Assembly (NCBI RefSeq): GCF_036374615.1
Contig: NZ_DASUTK010000100.1
Span: 5,103-69,102, forward strand
From: Nocardioides sp.
GTDB lineage: Bacteria > Actinomycetota > Actinomycetes > Propionibacteriales > Nocardioidaceae
Length of the DNA: 64,000 nucleotides
Reading direction: 5' to 3'
Every line of letters begins with the position of its first letter. Within the stretch, counting starts at the first letter, position 1. A program made the translations under genes and the position numbers. Shown piece after piece: positions 10,461 to 21,249 of this stretch. The notes beneath the pieces were generated by a model. The model was given only the letters and a program-made list of their open reading frames with translations. It did not search any database and was not told the DNA's origin.

Positions 10461-11375
10461 GTGAGTGCACCGATCGAGATCAGGCAACTGGACAAGCGCT
10501 TCGGGGCGACGCAGGCCCTCGACGGCCTGGACCTGACGGTCGACGAGGGGGAGGTCCACGGCTTCCTCGGACCGAACGGCGCCGGCAAGTCGACCACGAT
10601 CCGGGTGCTGCTCGGGTTGCTCCGGAAGGACCGCGGGGAGGTCCTGCTGCTCGACGGCGACCCATGGCGCGACGCCGCCGCCCTGCACCGCCGTCTGGCG
10701 TACGTGCCCGGCGACGTCACGCTCTGGCCGAACCTCACCGGTGGCGAGGTGATCGACCTGCTCGGCCGGCTCCGGGGGGGTGTGGACACCCGACGCCGGG
10801 ACGAGCTGGTCGAGCGGTTCGAGCTCGACCCGACGAAGCGGGCGCGGGGCTACTCCAAGGGGAACCGGCAGAAGGTCGCGCTGGTGGCCGCGCTGGCCTC
10901 CGACGTCGAGCTGCTGCTGCTCGACGAGCCGACGTCGGGCCTCGACCCGCTGATGGAGGCCGTCTTCCAGGACTGCATCGACGAGTTCAAGGAGCGGGGC
11001 CGGACCGTGCTCCTCTCGAGTCACATCCTCGCCGAAGTGGAGCGGCTCTGTGACCGGGTGAGCATCATCCGGGCCGGCCGCACCGTTGAGCGCGGGACGC
11101 TTGCCGAGCTCCGGCACCTGACGCGGACCTCGGTCGCCGCCGAGCTGGCCGGACCCGCCGCTGACCTGGCCTCTCTCGACGGGGTCCACGACCTCGTCGC
11201 CGAAGGGCACCGGGTGCGGTTCGAGGTCGACACCGCAGCCCTCGACGAGGCCGTCGGTGTGCTGCACCGGGCGGGGGTCCGCACCCTGACCGCGACCCCG
11301 CCGACGCTGGAGGAGCTCTTCCTGCGGCACTACGGCGACGAGCTCCCGCAGGCCGTCGAGCCGACGTCGACATGA
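10461..11375 (+). CDS. ABC exporter ATP-binding subunit
   Basis: [31 protein letters not shown] 7 nt after TACGCT. Confidence 0.92.
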   Translation: MSAPIEIRQLDKRFGATQALDGLDLTVDEGEVHGFLGPNGAGKSTTIRVLLGLLRKDRGEVLLLDGDPWRDAAALHRRLAYVPGDVTLWPNLTGGEVIDLLGRLRGGVDTRRRDELVERFELDPTKRARGYSKGNRQKVALVAALASDVELLLLDEPTSGLDPLMEAVFQDCIDEFKERGRTVLLSSHILAEVERLCDRVSIIRAGRTVERGTLAELRHLTRTSVAAELAGPAADLASLDGVHDLVAEGHRVRFEVDTAALDEAVGVLHRAGVRTLTATPPTLEELFLRHYGDELPQAVEPTST

Positions 11376-12943
11376 CCGGGACCGGGGTGCTGGTGCGGGC
11401 GTTCCTGCGACGCGAGCGCTGGCCGTTGCTGTGGTGGGCGCTCGGGGGCACGCTCCTCTACTGGAGCCAGGCGATCAGTGTGAAGGAGCTCTACTCCACG
11501 CAGGCGGAGTTCGACCGGGCCGCGACCATGATGGAGTCGAACCCGGCGCTGATCGCGATGGCCGGACCTGCCCGAGCGCTCAACACCGTCGGCGGGCAGG
11601 TGACGTGGCAGTCGGCCGCGTTCGGGGCGATCGTGGTCGGCCTGATGAGTATGTTCATCGTCGGACGCCACACCCGCGCCGAGGAGGAGAGCGGGCGGGA
11701 CGAGCTGCTCAGGGCGGGCGTGGTCGGCCGCCGGGCGCCGATGACCGCGGCGCTGCTGGTCGCTGCGATCGCGAACACCCTGGTAGGCGGGCTGGTCGCC
11801 GTCAGCCTGATCTCGGTACCGCTCGCGGTCGCCGACTCGGTGGCGCTCGGCGTCGGGCTGACGCTGTGCGGCCTGGTCTTCACGGGGGTCGCGCTGGTGG
11901 CCGCGCAGCTCACGGCCGGCACCCGCACGATGTACGGCCTCACCGGTCTGGTGATCGCGGCGTCGTACGCACTCCGCGCGGTCGGCGACGTGGGCAACGA
12001 GGCTCTGAGCTGGTTGAGCCCGATCGGCTGGTACCAGCAGATGTACGCCTTCTCCGGCCTGCGCTGGTGGCCGGCACTGCTGCTCGCATCAGCGGCGTTC
12101 GTCACCGTTCTGGTCGCCTACGCCGTGTTCGAGCGCCGCGACATCGGAGCGGGCGTCTTCGCGTCGCGGCCCGGACCCGCCCGGGCGCACCCGGCGCTGC
12201 GCAGCTCGTGGTCGCTGGCGTGGCGGCTCCAGCGCGGCGCGGTCATCGGCTGGTCGCTCGGGCTGCTCGCGGCCGGGCTGGCGTACGGCTCGATCGGCAA
12301 CGACGCCGGCGACCTGATGGGCGACAGCGACGCGGCGCGCGAGGTGATGGTGGCCGCTGGCGGCGACCTCGTCGACGGGTTCTTCGCGATGGCGATGACG
12401 ATCCTGGCGCTCCTCGCGTCCGGCTTCGCGATCTCCTCGGCGCTGCGTCCCCGGGGTGAGGAGGACGCCGGCCATGCGGAGGTCGTCCTTGCGACCGCGA
12501 CGTCGCGGACCCGGTGGCTGCTGAGTCAGGTCTGCGTGACGGTAGTCGGCAGTGCGGTAGTGGTCGGCGCAGGCGGCCTGGGGCTCGGCGGCGCCTACGC
12601 CTTGGTGACCGGTGACGCGAGCGAGATCGGCACGTTCATCTGGCAGAGCCTGACCTGGCTGCCGGCGGTGCTGGTGCTGGCCGGGCTGACGCGGTTGTTG
12701 TACGGGCTCGCGCCGCGGCTGGCCACCCTCGGCTGGCTCGGGCTGGCGTACGCCGTGGTCGTGCTCGTGTTCGCGGAGATCCTGCGCTTCCCGGAAAGGC
12801 TGCGATCGCTGTCGCCGTTCGAGCGGTTGGCCTCCGTGCCGGTCGAGTCGTTCGACGTCGGTGCCTTCGCGGCCGTCCTGGGGGCCGCCACGCTGTTGAG
12901 CGCCGGTGGCTGGTTCGCGTTCACGAGGCGCGACGTCGGCTAG
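11372..12943 (+). CDS. ABC-2 type exporter permease (polyether/tetronasin-resistance TnrB3-like family)
   Basis: About 12 TM segments in two repeated halves ([25 protein letters not shown]), LSWLSPIGW; 4-nt overlap with the ATPase gene. Confidence 0.85.
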   Translation: MTGTGVLVRAFLRRERWPLLWWALGGTLLYWSQAISVKELYSTQAEFDRAATMMESNPALIAMAGPARALNTVGGQVTWQSAAFGAIVVGLMSMFIVGRHTRAEEESGRDELLRAGVVGRRAPMTAALLVAAIANTLVGGLVAVSLISVPLAVADSVALGVGLTLCGLVFTGVALVAAQLTAGTRTMYGLTGLVIAASYALRAVGDVGNEALSWLSPIGWYQQMYAFSGLRWWPALLLASAAFVTVLVAYAVFERRDIGAGVFASRPGPARAHPALRSSWSLAWRLQRGAVIGWSLGLLAAGLAYGSIGNDAGDLMGDSDAAREVMVAAGGDLVDGFFAMAMTILALLASGFAISSALRPRGEEDAGHAEVVLATATSRTRWLLSQVCVTVVGSAVVVGAGGLGLGGAYALVTGDASEIGTFIWQSLTWLPAVLVLAGLTRLLYGLAPRLATLGWLGLAYAVVVLVFAEILRFPERLRSLSPFERLASVPVESFDVGAFAAVLGAATLLSAGGWFAFTRRDVG

Positions 12944-13106
12944 TGTCTCGTGCGTGAGGCCTCTTGATGCTTGGCGTCTTCAAAGTGCGTGCAGCGCAAG
13001 GCGGCGGAGCGCGGGACTACTGGGCGTACTTCGAGCGACGCCAACGCAGCGAAGTGTGTGCTGTGGGGGCGCGAAGCGCCTAGAGGTCTCGCGCACGGGA
13101 CACTAG
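12940..13106 (+). mobile_element. CTAG-bounded 167-bp MITE-like element with long terminal inverted repeats
   Basis: CTAG at both ends; 24-nt arms (12941-12964 and 13082-13105) differ only by G:T pairs; pairing extends to about 52 bp; no ORF. Confidence 0.6.
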
Positions 13107-13115
13107 GTCCCCACC

Positions 13116-14021
13116 ATGTGGGAGCCGGAGCCGCACTGGCATCCGCTGACCGGCGGGACCGGAACGTCGACCGTCGGGGTGTGGCGCGCCGCCCTGGGCG
13201 AGCAGCCGGTGGTCATCAAGCGGCTCGCGCGACCGGCCCGACACGACCCGGCAGAGTTCAGCGACCCCGAGCACTTCGCTTACTGGCGGCGCGAGGCCGA
13301 CGTCCTCTCCACCGGAATCCTTGGGGGCACGTCGGGGTTGCGCGCGGTTCCGGCGGCGGTCGAGGAGGACCCCGACGGCATCACGATCACACGCGAGTGG
13401 GTCGAGGATGCCGCGAGCAGCGGGCTCTTCGTCGCGATGGCTCTGGGCCGGTTCGCCGGCAGCCTCACCGCCCGGCCCCGGTTCCTGGCCCGCCACCAGC
13501 TGCGCGACCGGTTGGCGAGGGTGGAGCGGCGGGGCGGGTGGCCCACCTTGGCCAGGACCGCCATCGCCGATGTCGCAGACCATCTCTGGGAGCGGCGCAC
13601 CGCGTTCCTCGAGAGGGTCGAGTCCCTGCCGCGGGTCGCCCAGCACGGGGACGCGACTCCGGTGAACCTGCCGGGGCGGGTCGCGGACGAGGTGGTCGCG
13701 ATCGACTGGGCGACGCTCGGCGTAGGCCCGGTGGGCAGCGACCTCGGCCAGTACGCGTTGGCCGCTCGCGAGGAGTTCGATCCGCTGCTCGACGCCTACC
13801 TGATGGGTCTCGACCCCGAGGTCGCGGAGTACGACGAGGTGCTGCTCGGGGCCCGGGTCACTGCCGTCTACACCGCCCTCAACCGCGCGGAGTGGGCGCT
13901 GGAGCGCGTGTCGGGCGGCGAGGGCGCCCTGGCCGCCAAGTTCCGACACCCGGCCGTAGCGCCGCACCTGCGGACCCTGCAGCGGCAGTACCCGTTGATC
14001 GAGGCCCTGGTGGAGGGCTGA
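13116..14021 (+). CDS. APH/choline-kinase-like phosphotransferase
   Basis: VVIKRL, Brenner-type QHGDATPVN, AIDWATLG. Confidence 0.75.
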   Translation: MWEPEPHWHPLTGGTGTSTVGVWRAALGEQPVVIKRLARPARHDPAEFSDPEHFAYWRREADVLSTGILGGTSGLRAVPAAVEEDPDGITITREWVEDAASSGLFVAMALGRFAGSLTARPRFLARHQLRDRLARVERRGGWPTLARTAIADVADHLWERRTAFLERVESLPRVAQHGDATPVNLPGRVADEVVAIDWATLGVGPVGSDLGQYALAAREEFDPLLDAYLMGLDPEVAEYDEVLLGARVTAVYTALNRAEWALERVSGGEGALAAKFRHPAVAPHLRTLQRQYPLIEALVEG

Positions 14022-14024
14022 GCC

Positions 14025-14975
14025 TCACAGCTGCGATGCGCTGAACGTGTCGCAGGCCTGCAGCGACCCCTCTTGGTACCCGACCATGAACCAGCGCTGC
14101 CGCTGCTCGGCCGAGCCGTGGGTCCACTCCGCCGGGTTGACCCGGCCGGTGGTCTGGTCCTGGATCCGGTCGTCGCCCACCGACTTGGCAGCCGCGATCG
14201 CCTGGTTGATGTCCTCCTCGGACAGCTCGAGGATGAGGGGTACGCCGGACTGGTCGTCGGTGCCGGTGGCGTTGCGGGTCCACATGCCGGCGTAGCAGTC
14301 GGCCTGGAGCTCGAGCCGGACGGCGTCGCTCTCCGGCCCGCGCTGGGTGCGGACCTGTCCCATCGTCCCCATCACGTTCTGGATGTGGTGTCCGTACTCG
14401 TGGGCGAGGACGTAGGGCTCGACGAACTCACCGGCCGGTCCGCCGAGCTGCTGCTGCAGCACCTGGTCGAAGAAGGTGGTGTCGAGGTAGATGCCCTCGT
14501 CGGGCGGGCAGTAGAACGGCCCGACCTGGGACGTCGCCTGGCCGCAGCCGGTGCCCACGGCGCCCCCGAACGTCCGCATCACCTGCACCGGCCGGAACTG
14601 CATGTCTGCCTGCGCCGGCAGCGCCTCGCCCCAGTAGTCGGTCAACGAGTTCTCGACCGCCACTCGGGCGCAGTCGACGTCGGACTCGGCGTCGGCGCCG
14701 GTCTGGCAGTTCGCGTACCGGTCGCTGTCCGCCTCGGCCACCCGTGACGTGTCGAGGCTCGTGTCGGGAAGGGGCAGTCCGCCCTGACCGCCGCCCACGC
14801 ACTGGGTCAGCACGAGGAACAGCACCAGCACCAACAGCCCGCCGAGGCTGCTGCCGGCCTTCGCGCCGCCGGGGATGGGGATCCGCATGCCCCCGCCACC
14901 CATGCCACCGCCGGAGCCCCGGCCGCTGTCGCGGACCCGCGACGTGTCCAGCCTGGCCTTCGGGTTGAAGCGCAT
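14025..14975 (-). CDS. Neutral zinc metallopeptidase (YpfJ family)
   Basis: GPFYCPPD, YVLAHEYGHHIQ, LELQADCYAG, WTHGSAEQR; N-terminal TM; RBS AAGGGGA. Confidence 0.92.
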   Translation of the reverse strand: MRFNPKARLDTSRVRDSGRGSGGGMGGGGMRIPIPGGAKAGSSLGGLLVLVLFLVLTQCVGGGQGGLPLPDTSLDTSRVAEADSDRYANCQTGADAESDVDCARVAVENSLTDYWGEALPAQADMQFRPVQVMRTFGGAVGTGCGQATSQVGPFYCPPDEGIYLDTTFFDQVLQQQLGGPAGEFVEPYVLAHEYGHHIQNVMGTMGQVRTQRGPESDAVRLELQADCYAGMWTRNATGTDDQSGVPLILELSEEDINQAIAAAKSVGDDRIQDQTTGRVNPAEWTHGSAEQRQRWFMVGYQEGSLQACDTFSASQL

Positions 14976-15048
14976 CGCCGTCCCCTTGTGTCGTTCGCGC
15001 GGTCCGGCCGTCGTCGGCCGGATCCGCGGCCCTACACTAACCATCCTC

Positions 15049-16647
15049 ATGATCACCGCCCAGCACCTCGAAGTACGGGTCGGTGCCCGACTCCTGATGG
15101 CCGACGTGACCTTCCGAGTGGCCGCCGGTGACAAGGTCGGACTGGTCGGCCGCAACGGGGCCGGGAAGACCACCCTCACCAAGATCCTCGCCGGCGAGGC
15201 GCTCCCGGCCGCGGGAAAGGTCCTGCGCACCGGCGACGTCGGCTACCTGCCGCAGGACCCTCGCACCGGCGACCCCGGCGTGCTCGCCATGAACCGGATC
15301 CTGTCCGCACGCGGCCTCGACGACGTCGTACGACGGATGCGCGCGGCCGAGGAGGAGATGACCAGCGACGACCCCGCGGTGCGGGAGCGGGCCATGCGGC
15401 GCTACTCGCGCGCCGACGCCGAGCTGCACGCCGGCGGTGGTTATGCCGCGGAGTCCGAGGCGGCCCAGATCGCACACAGCCTCGGGATCGAGGACCGGAT
15501 CCTCCAGCAACCGCTTCGCACCCTGTCCGGCGGCCAGCGGCGACGGGTCGAGCTGGCCCGGATCCTGTTCTCAGGAGCCGACACGCTGCTCCTCGACGAG
15601 CCCACCAACCACCTCGACGCGGACTCCGTCGTGTGGCTCCGCGACTTCCTCAAGGCGCACCAGGGTGGACTGGTCGTGATCAGTCACGACACGGCGCTGC
15701 TCGAGCAGACGGTCACCCGGGTGCTCCACCTCGACGCGAACCGGGCCGAGATCGACGTGTACAACCTGGGCTGGACGGCGTACCTCCAGCAGCGGGAGAC
15801 CGACGAGAAGCGCCGCAAGCGCGAGCGCTCGAACGCCGAGAACAAGGCGAAGGCGTTGACCGACCAGGCGAACCGGATGCGGGCGAAGGCGACCAAGGCG
15901 CAGGCGGCGCAGAGCATGCTGAAACGTGCGGACCGGCTGATGGCCGGCCTGGAGGGGGAGCGGCGGGCCGACCGGGTGGCCCGGATCGCGTTCCCCGCAC
16001 CCGCCCCGTGCGGCAAGACGCCGCTCACGGCCACCGAGCTGTCCAAGTCCTACGGCTCCCTCGAGGTGTTCACCGACGTCGACCTCGCGATCGACCGGGG
16101 GAGCCGGGTGGTCATCCTCGGCCTCAACGGTGCGGGCAAGACCACCCTCCTCCGCATTCTGGCCGGCGTCGACACCCCCGACACCGGTGCCGTGACGCCC
16201 GGACACGGGCTGAAGCTCGGGTATTACGCGCAGGAGCACGAGACGCTCGACGTCGAGCGGACCGTCCTGGAGAACCTCCATGCCGCAGCGCCTCAGCTCA
16301 CCGACACCGAGGCCCGCTCGGTGCTGGGTTCGTTCCTGTTCTCCGGCGACGACGCCTACAAGCCCGCGGCAGTGCTGTCCGGAGGGGAGAAGACCCGACT
16401 GGCGCTGGCGATCCTCGTGGTGTCGTCGGCCAACGTGCTGCTGCTCGACGAGCCGACCAACAACCTCGACCCCGCGTCGCGCGAGGAGGTGCTGGCCGCG
16501 ATCCGCGAGTACGCCGGCGCGATCGTCCTGGTCACCCACGACGAGGGCGCAGTCACCGCGCTCCAACCGGACCGGGTGCTGATCCTGCCCGACGGTGTGG
16601 AGGATCTCTGGACGGAGGACTACGCCGACCTGGTCTCGCTGGCATGA
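15049..16647 (+). CDS. ABC-F family ribosome-associated ATPase
   Basis: Two NBDs (GRNGAGKTT/LSGGQ/DEPTNHLD; GLNGAGKTT/LSGGEK/DEPTNNLD), helical linker, no TM segments. Confidence 0.92.
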   Translation: MITAQHLEVRVGARLLMADVTFRVAAGDKVGLVGRNGAGKTTLTKILAGEALPAAGKVLRTGDVGYLPQDPRTGDPGVLAMNRILSARGLDDVVRRMRAAEEEMTSDDPAVRERAMRRYSRADAELHAGGGYAAESEAAQIAHSLGIEDRILQQPLRTLSGGQRRRVELARILFSGADTLLLDEPTNHLDADSVVWLRDFLKAHQGGLVVISHDTALLEQTVTRVLHLDANRAEIDVYNLGWTAYLQQRETDEKRRKRERSNAENKAKALTDQANRMRAKATKAQAAQSMLKRADRLMAGLEGERRADRVARIAFPAPAPCGKTPLTATELSKSYGSLEVFTDVDLAIDRGSRVVILGLNGAGKTTLLRILAGVDTPDTGAVTPGHGLKLGYYAQEHETLDVERTVLENLHAAAPQLTDTEARSVLGSFLFSGDDAYKPAAVLSGGEKTRLALAILVVSSANVLLLDEPTNNLDPASREEVLAAIREYAGAIVLVTHDEGAVTALQPDRVLILPDGVEDLWTEDYADLVSLA

Positions 16648-16716
16648 CGGCCTGACCGGACGTGGTTCGACCGGCGTGATTCGGCTCGTCGACCCTCCCC
16701 TGCGAGGATGCTGGAC

Positions 16717-17508
16717 ATGACGCCAGACGAGCTGAAGTCAGTCGGCCTGCGCTACGACGTGGAAGGTTCGGTCGCCACGATCACCCTCGACCGCCCCGAG
16801 GTCCGCAACGCCCAGACGCCAGCGATGTGGCGTGCGCTGGCCGGTCTGGGCGAGGAGATCGCGGACGACGTACAGGTGGTCGTCGTCCGTGGCGAGGGGC
16901 CCTCGTTCTCCTCCGGCCTCGACCGGGCCATGCTCGACCCGCGCGGTGGCGAGGAGGGGGAGGAGACGCTCACCAGCCTGCTGTCGATGAGCGACGACCA
17001 GATGTCGGCGACGATCGACGAGTACCAGCGTGGCTTCACGTTCCTGCGCGACCCGCGGTTCGTGTCGATCGCCGCTGTCCAGGGCTACGCGATCGGCGCC
17101 GGCTTCCAGCTCGCACTCGCCTGCGATCTGCGGATCCTGGCCGAGGACGCGCAGCTGTCGATGAAGGAGGCCACCCTCGGGCTGGTGCCGGACCTGACGG
17201 GAACAAAGCCGCTGGTCGACAGCGTTGGGTACGCCAGGGCGTTGGAGATCTGTGCGACCGCGCGGATGATCGGCGCCACCGAGGCGGTCGACCTGGGCTT
17301 GGCGCTGATGTCGGTGCGGGTCGAGGAGCTCGATGACACGGTGGCGGACCTGGTCGGCGCCCTGGCCGCTCCGATGGCCGGTGCGGTCCACGAGACCAAG
17401 GCGTTGCTGCTCGCGGCAGCAGGGCGGACGCTGGAGGACCAGCGCCGGTTCGAGCGCGAGGCGCAGATCCGGAGGTTCCGAGAGCTCGCCCGCGCGATGG
17501 GCGGATAG
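16717..17508 (+). CDS. Enoyl-CoA hydratase/isomerase family protein
   Basis: ITLDRPEVRNA, FSSGLD, GAGFQLALACDLRI, EATLGLVPD. Alternative start at 16708. Confidence 0.88.
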   Translation: MTPDELKSVGLRYDVEGSVATITLDRPEVRNAQTPAMWRALAGLGEEIADDVQVVVVRGEGPSFSSGLDRAMLDPRGGEEGEETLTSLLSMSDDQMSATIDEYQRGFTFLRDPRFVSIAAVQGYAIGAGFQLALACDLRILAEDAQLSMKEATLGLVPDLTGTKPLVDSVGYARALEICATARMIGATEAVDLGLALMSVRVEELDDTVADLVGALAAPMAGAVHETKALLLAAAGRTLEDQRRFEREAQIRRFRELARAMGG

Positions 17509-17519
17509 AGGAGGCGCGC

Positions 17520-19400
17520 GTGTCGCTGTCGATGGGGATGGGGCCGGCCTGGCGGCACATGCGTACCGACCGGAGCTCGGTGAAGAGCCGTGTCGAGAAG
17601 GGCACGGTGCGGCGGGTCCTCGGGTTCGCCGGACCTCATCGCAGCACGATCACCGGCTTCCTCGCCGTGACGGTCGTCGACTCGCTGCTGGTGGTCGTGA
17701 CCCCGCTGCTCGTGCAGCGGATCGTCGACGACGGCATCCTCGGCAAGGACCCGCAGCTGGTCACGCTGCTCGCGCTCGCGATGGCGGCGACCGCCCTCAT
17801 CGGAGCGGTGCTGTCGGTGATCGGCGGCTTCCTGTCGTCCCGGATCGGCGAGGGTCTGATCTTCGACCTGCGCACCCAGGTCTTCGCACACGTGCAGCGC
17901 CAGTCGCTGGCCTTCTTCACCAGGACCCAGACCGGCGCCCTCGTGTCCCGCCTCAACAACGACGTGATCGGCGCCCAGCGGGCGTTCACCTCCACGCTGT
18001 CCAACACCGTCTCCAGCATCATCTCGGTGATCGTGGTCGGCGTCACGATGGTGGCGCTGAGCTGGCAGGTGACGCTGCTGTGCCTCGCCCTGTTCCCGAT
18101 CCTGCTGCTGACCTCCCGATGGGTGAGCGGTCGACTTGCAGCACTGACCCGGGAGCAGATGGACGGCAACGCCGACATGGGCAATGTCATGACCGAGCGG
18201 TTCAACGTGGGCGGCGCCATGCTGCTCAAGCTGTTCGGCCATCGCGCCACCGAGGACGGGCTGTTCGCAGCCAAGGCCGGTCACGTCCGTGACCTCGGGA
18301 TCCGGATCGCCCTCGTCACCCGGGTCTTCATGGCCGCGGTCCTCACCGTGCCGGCGCTGGCGCTCGCTGTCGTGTACGGCGTGGGCGGACACCTGGCCGT
18401 CGACGGCACCCTCACCGTCGGCACCCTGCTGGCGCTCGGCACGCTGCTGGTGCGGCTGCTCGGGCCGCTCCAGAGCCTCTCGAACGTCCGGATCGACGTC
18501 ATGACCGCCCTGGTCAGCTTCGAGCGGGTCTTCGAGGTCCTCGACCTTCCCTCGCTCATCGAGGAGAAGCCGGACGCGGTCGCTCTGCCGCGCTCCGCGG
18601 CCAGCCTCGAGTTCGACCACGTCGGCTTCCACTACCCGAGGCCGGACGAGTTCTCCCTCGCCTCCCTGGAGACCGTGGCGCGCGCCGAGAGCCGCGACTC
18701 CGGCCAGGTGCTCCACGACATCTCCTTCCGGGCCGACCCCGGCCAGATGATCGCCCTGGTCGGTCCGTCCGGCGCCGGCAAGACCACCGTCACCCACCTC
18801 GTGGCTCGGCTCTACGACGCCACCGGCGGCGTCGTCCGCGTGGGTGGCCACGACGTGCGCGACGTGACGCTGGAGTCGCTGGAGGACGTGGTCGGCTACG
18901 TCACCCAGGACGCCCACATGTTCCACGACACGATCGGCTCCAACCTGCGCTACGCGCGCCCGGATGCGACGGACGCTGATCTCTGGGCCGCCCTGGAGGC
19001 CGCGCAGATCGCCGCCTTGGTGCGTGGCCTGCCCGACGGGCTCGACACGGTCGTCGGCGACCGGGGCTACCGGCTGTCCGGCGGCGAGCGCCAGCGGCTG
19101 GCCATCGCCCGGCTGCTGCTGAAGGCACCGTCGATCGTGGTGCTCGACGAGGCGACCGCTCACCTCGACAGCGAGTCGGAGGCCGCGGTGCAACGAGCGC
19201 TGGACGCCGCGCTCGCCGAGCGCACCAGCCTGGTGATCGCCCACCGGCTGTCCACCGTCCGGAACGCCGACCTGATCCTGGTGCTCGACGCGGGGCGGAT
19301 CGTCCAGTCCGGCACCCACGCCGAGCTGCTCGCGCGGGGCGGCCTGTACGCCGACCTGTACCGCACCCAGTTCCTGGAGGACGCACCGACGCCGATCTAG
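17520..19400 (+). CDS. Fused ABC transporter permease/ATP-binding protein (exporter type)
   Basis: N-terminal TM domain, GPSGAGKTT, LSGGERQR, DEATAHLD, IAHRLSTV. Confidence 0.92.
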   Translation: MSLSMGMGPAWRHMRTDRSSVKSRVEKGTVRRVLGFAGPHRSTITGFLAVTVVDSLLVVVTPLLVQRIVDDGILGKDPQLVTLLALAMAATALIGAVLSVIGGFLSSRIGEGLIFDLRTQVFAHVQRQSLAFFTRTQTGALVSRLNNDVIGAQRAFTSTLSNTVSSIISVIVVGVTMVALSWQVTLLCLALFPILLLTSRWVSGRLAALTREQMDGNADMGNVMTERFNVGGAMLLKLFGHRATEDGLFAAKAGHVRDLGIRIALVTRVFMAAVLTVPALALAVVYGVGGHLAVDGTLTVGTLLALGTLLVRLLGPLQSLSNVRIDVMTALVSFERVFEVLDLPSLIEEKPDAVALPRSAASLEFDHVGFHYPRPDEFSLASLETVARAESRDSGQVLHDISFRADPGQMIALVGPSGAGKTTVTHLVARLYDATGGVVRVGGHDVRDVTLESLEDVVGYVTQDAHMFHDTIGSNLRYARPDATDADLWAALEAAQIAALVRGLPDGLDTVVGDRGYRLSGGERQRLAIARLLLKAPSIVVLDEATAHLDSESEAAVQRALDAALAERTSLVIAHRLSTVRNADLILVLDAGRIVQSGTHAELLARGGLYADLYRTQFLEDAPTPI

Positions 19401-20158
19401 GACGCGTCCTGCCGCTCCGGGTCGCGAGCGGTACGCATCCGGCGCCGCTCGTCGCGCGCGAGGTAGCCGAACCCGAAGAGCGCCAGCAGACCGAAGAACC
19501 ACCACTGCAGGCCGTAGAAGAAGTGCGGGCCGTTGTCGAGCTCCGGGAGCTCGACCGGCTCGAGCGACTCCGCGGGAGCCGGCTCCTCGGAGCGGAGCTC
19601 GAGGAACCCCCTCAGCACCTCACGGCCGAGCGCCTCGCCGATCGCGACGCTGGAGATCGCCCGGGTCGACTGGTCCGACACGCTCGTGCTGTCACCGGTC
19701 GCGTCGGCGCGAGCCCAGCCGGTGATCGTCACCTCACCCTCCGGCGGTGCGGGTACGTCGGCCGCCGTCACGCCGCGCGCGTCGGTGGCGACCCAGCCGC
19801 GGTCGACCAGCACCGCCCGACCGTCCCCGAGGACGAGCGGCACGACGACGTCGACGCCCGACGCCCCGTCGCGGGTGCGGTACCTCACGATGACGGTGTC
19901 GCTCACGTCGTACTCTCCGCTGGCGGTGACGAGCCGCCACTCGTCGGTGTCCGCCACGTCACCCGAGGCGGGGAGGACGTCCTCGACAGGGGCCGGTGGA
20001 AGGGTCTCGTTGCGCTCGATGATCGCGTTGCGGTCCTTGCGCTCCTCGAGCCGGTCGAACTGCCACTCCCCGAGCCACCACGCCCCCCACGCGAGCAGCG
20101 CCACGACCACCGCGAAGCCGACCCAGCGCCGGCTCAGCAGGAACCCCCACGCTCGCAC
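19397..20158 (-). CDS. SURF1-family protein
   Basis: N-terminal TM, LGEWQFDR, LVDRGWV, HFFYGLQWWFFG; GTG 6 nt after TAGCCT. Confidence 0.9.
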   Translation of the reverse strand: MRAWGFLLSRRWVGFAVVVALLAWGAWWLGEWQFDRLEERKDRNAIIERNETLPPAPVEDVLPASGDVADTDEWRLVTASGEYDVSDTVIVRYRTRDGASGVDVVVPLVLGDGRAVLVDRGWVATDARGVTAADVPAPPEGEVTITGWARADATGDSTSVSDQSTRAISSVAIGEALGREVLRGFLELRSEEPAPAESLEPVELPELDNGPHFFYGLQWWFFGLLALFGFGYLARDERRRMRTARDPERQDAS

Positions 20159-20234
20159 CCGGCGAGGCTATCCGAGCCCGCTCGACCCCCGGTCGCTGCC
20201 CGCTGGCCACCACCGGAGCCCTAGACTCGGTGGG

Positions 20235-21233
20235 ATGGAGCCCATTGCACTGGCGGACCGCTTCGGGCGGGTCGCGACCGACCTCAGGGTCTCGCTGACC
20301 GACCGGTGCAACCTGCGTTGCTCCTACTGCATGCCGGCCGAGGGCCTGGACTGGCTGCCGGGCCAGGAGATCCTCACCGACGACGAGGTGGTGCGGCTGG
20401 TCGGGATCGGCATCCGGCTGCTCGGCATCCGCGAGGTGCGCTTCACCGGTGGCGAGCCGCTGATCCGGCGCGGGCTCGTCGACATCGTGCAACGGACGCG
20501 CGCGATCGACCCCGCCGTGGAGCTCAGCGTCACCACCAACGCCCTCGGTCTGCAGCGGATGGCCGGCACGCTGGCGGACGCCGGGCTGGACCGGGTGAAC
20601 GTCAGCCTCGACACCATCCGGCGTGACACCTTCCACACGATCACGCGACGCGACCGGCTCGACGACGTGCTCGCCGGGCTGGCTGCGGCCCGCGATGCCG
20701 GCCTCACGCCCGTCAAGATCAACGCCGTCCTGCTGCGTGGCGTCAACGACGAACAGGCGCCGGAGCTGCTGGAGTGGGCGATCGGGCACGGCTACGCGCT
20801 GCGGTTCATCGAGCAGATGCCGCTGGACGCGCAGCACGACTGGAGCCGGGCCGAGATGGTGACCGCCGAGGAGATCTTCGACCGGCTCGCGACGCGGTTC
20901 ACGCTGACCCCGGCGTCCGAGCCTCGGGGGAGCGCCCCGGCCGAGCTGTTCACCGTCGACGGCGGTCCGGCCACCGTCGGTGTCATCGCCTCGGTGACGC
21001 GCCCCTTCTGCGGCGACTGCGACCGGGTGCGGCTCACCGCCGACGGGCAGGTGCGCAACTGCCTGTTCGCGCGCGAGGAGTCCGACCTCCGCACGGCGAT
21101 GCGGGCGGGCGCCGACGACGAGGATCTCGCCCGGCGCTGGGTGGTGGCGATGCTCGGCAAGCGCGCCGGTCACGGCATCGACGACCCGACGTTCCTCCAG
21201 CCCGACCGCCCGATGTCGGCGATCGGCGGGTGA
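20235..21233 (+). CDS. moaA: GTP 3',8-cyclase MoaA
   Basis: CNLRCSYC radical-SAM motif, FCGDCDRVR, C-terminal MSAIGG; ATG 7 nt after TAGACT. Confidence 0.96.
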   Translation: MEPIALADRFGRVATDLRVSLTDRCNLRCSYCMPAEGLDWLPGQEILTDDEVVRLVGIGIRLLGIREVRFTGGEPLIRRGLVDIVQRTRAIDPAVELSVTTNALGLQRMAGTLADAGLDRVNVSLDTIRRDTFHTITRRDRLDDVLAGLAAARDAGLTPVKINAVLLRGVNDEQAPELLEWAIGHGYALRFIEQMPLDAQHDWSRAEMVTAEEIFDRLATRFTLTPASEPRGSAPAELFTVDGGPATVGVIASVTRPFCGDCDRVRLTADGQVRNCLFAREESDLRTAMRAGADDEDLARRWVVAMLGKRAGHGIDDPTFLQPDRPMSAIGG

Positions 21234-21249
21234 CCCCGCAGCCGCTGCG

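Noticed and set aside
15049-16647. Antibiotic-resistance (ARE) ABC-F
   Set aside because: No leader peptide or attenuator seen, and nothing distinguishes it from housekeeping ABC-F proteins without a phylogeny.
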